Source: Gammaproteobacteria bacterium
GTDB taxonomy: Bacteria > Pseudomonadota > Gammaproteobacteria > JBCCGL01
Assembly (NCBI GenBank): GCA_965277715.1
Contig: OZ255836.1
Coordinates: 2,976,001 to 3,040,000, forward strand
Direction: 5' to 3'
Length of the DNA: 64,000 nt
Below the pieces are notes generated by a model. That model was not told where the DNA came from. It saw only the letters and a list, made by a program, of their open reading frames with translations, and did not search any database. Positions 62,761 through 64,000 of this stretch are shown here, piece after piece. Position 1 is the first letter of the stretch; each line of letters opens with the position of its first letter. Position numbers and translations under genes: made by a program.

Positions 62761-62917
62761 GTGTTGAGGGTAACAATAGTGATTCTATTTGACGAAAGAG
62801 TGCACAGTTGGCCTGATATACCATGTTGTGCCTTCACAAGCGTTCTACAATACAAACGGGTAACAATTATCTCACCAGCGGTTACACTTTGCACTCAACC
62901 CTAATTATCAGGTTTAA

Positions 62918-63823
<906 letters not shown>

Positions 63824-63901
63824 CACATAAGGTGAGGTCAGTTCTCGGTCTTTAACGCCCGATAACGCACGAGATCCCGATCAAACTGCTCAGCAGTGCG
63901 T

Positions 63902-64000
63902 TTATGCACTTGCTTCTGCTCAAGCAAATCAGCTTCTGACTGGCTGATACGGCGCTGTATCTCAGCCTGTGCATCCTTCACGCTTTCAGGTGCGTCCTCA
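63902..64000 (-). CDS. C-terminal end of an unidentified gene continuing beyond the window
   Basis: Open minus-strand frame ...EDAPESVKDAQAEIQRRISQSEADLLEQEASA*, converging on argB. Confidence 0.4.

Overview
Gammaproteobacterial chromosomal window with three zones. (1) 1-~9.4 kb is an AT-richer, decayed accessory island at the 3' end of a tRNA-Ser(CGA). It holds an ISL3 end, an MNT-HEPN fusion gene, two direct-repeated remnants of a Y1/HUH (RAYT-like) transposase, a truncated LOG plus EamA pair, IS3 and IS4 remnants, and a small integrase-less integron cassette array (hypothetical-protein cassette plus YefM-YoeB cassette, with attC sites and a hairpin-containing attI-like entry site). (2) ~9.5-46 kb is a metabolic region: GcvT-family amine dehydrogenase, nhaB, RES-Xre toxin-antitoxin pair, fadD, a diguanylate cyclase, and an amine/amide catabolic cluster (two deacetylases, class III aminotransferase, cupin, hydantoinase-like protein, and a flavin-reductase/LysR-effector fusion lacking an HTH). 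That cluster lies next to a five-gene tungsten aldehyde oxidoreductase (aor) operon, followed by a Rieske oxygenase, an orphan Wzz-like protein, cbiX and cobQ. A ~48-bp palindromic repeat occurs four times in intergenic spaces. (3) ~46-64 kb is core housekeeping DNA: envC-ctpA-yibQ-like, glmS, glmU, the complete atp operon, parAB, rsmG (without mnmG) and argB. All calls come from motif recognition by eye; no database searches were run.
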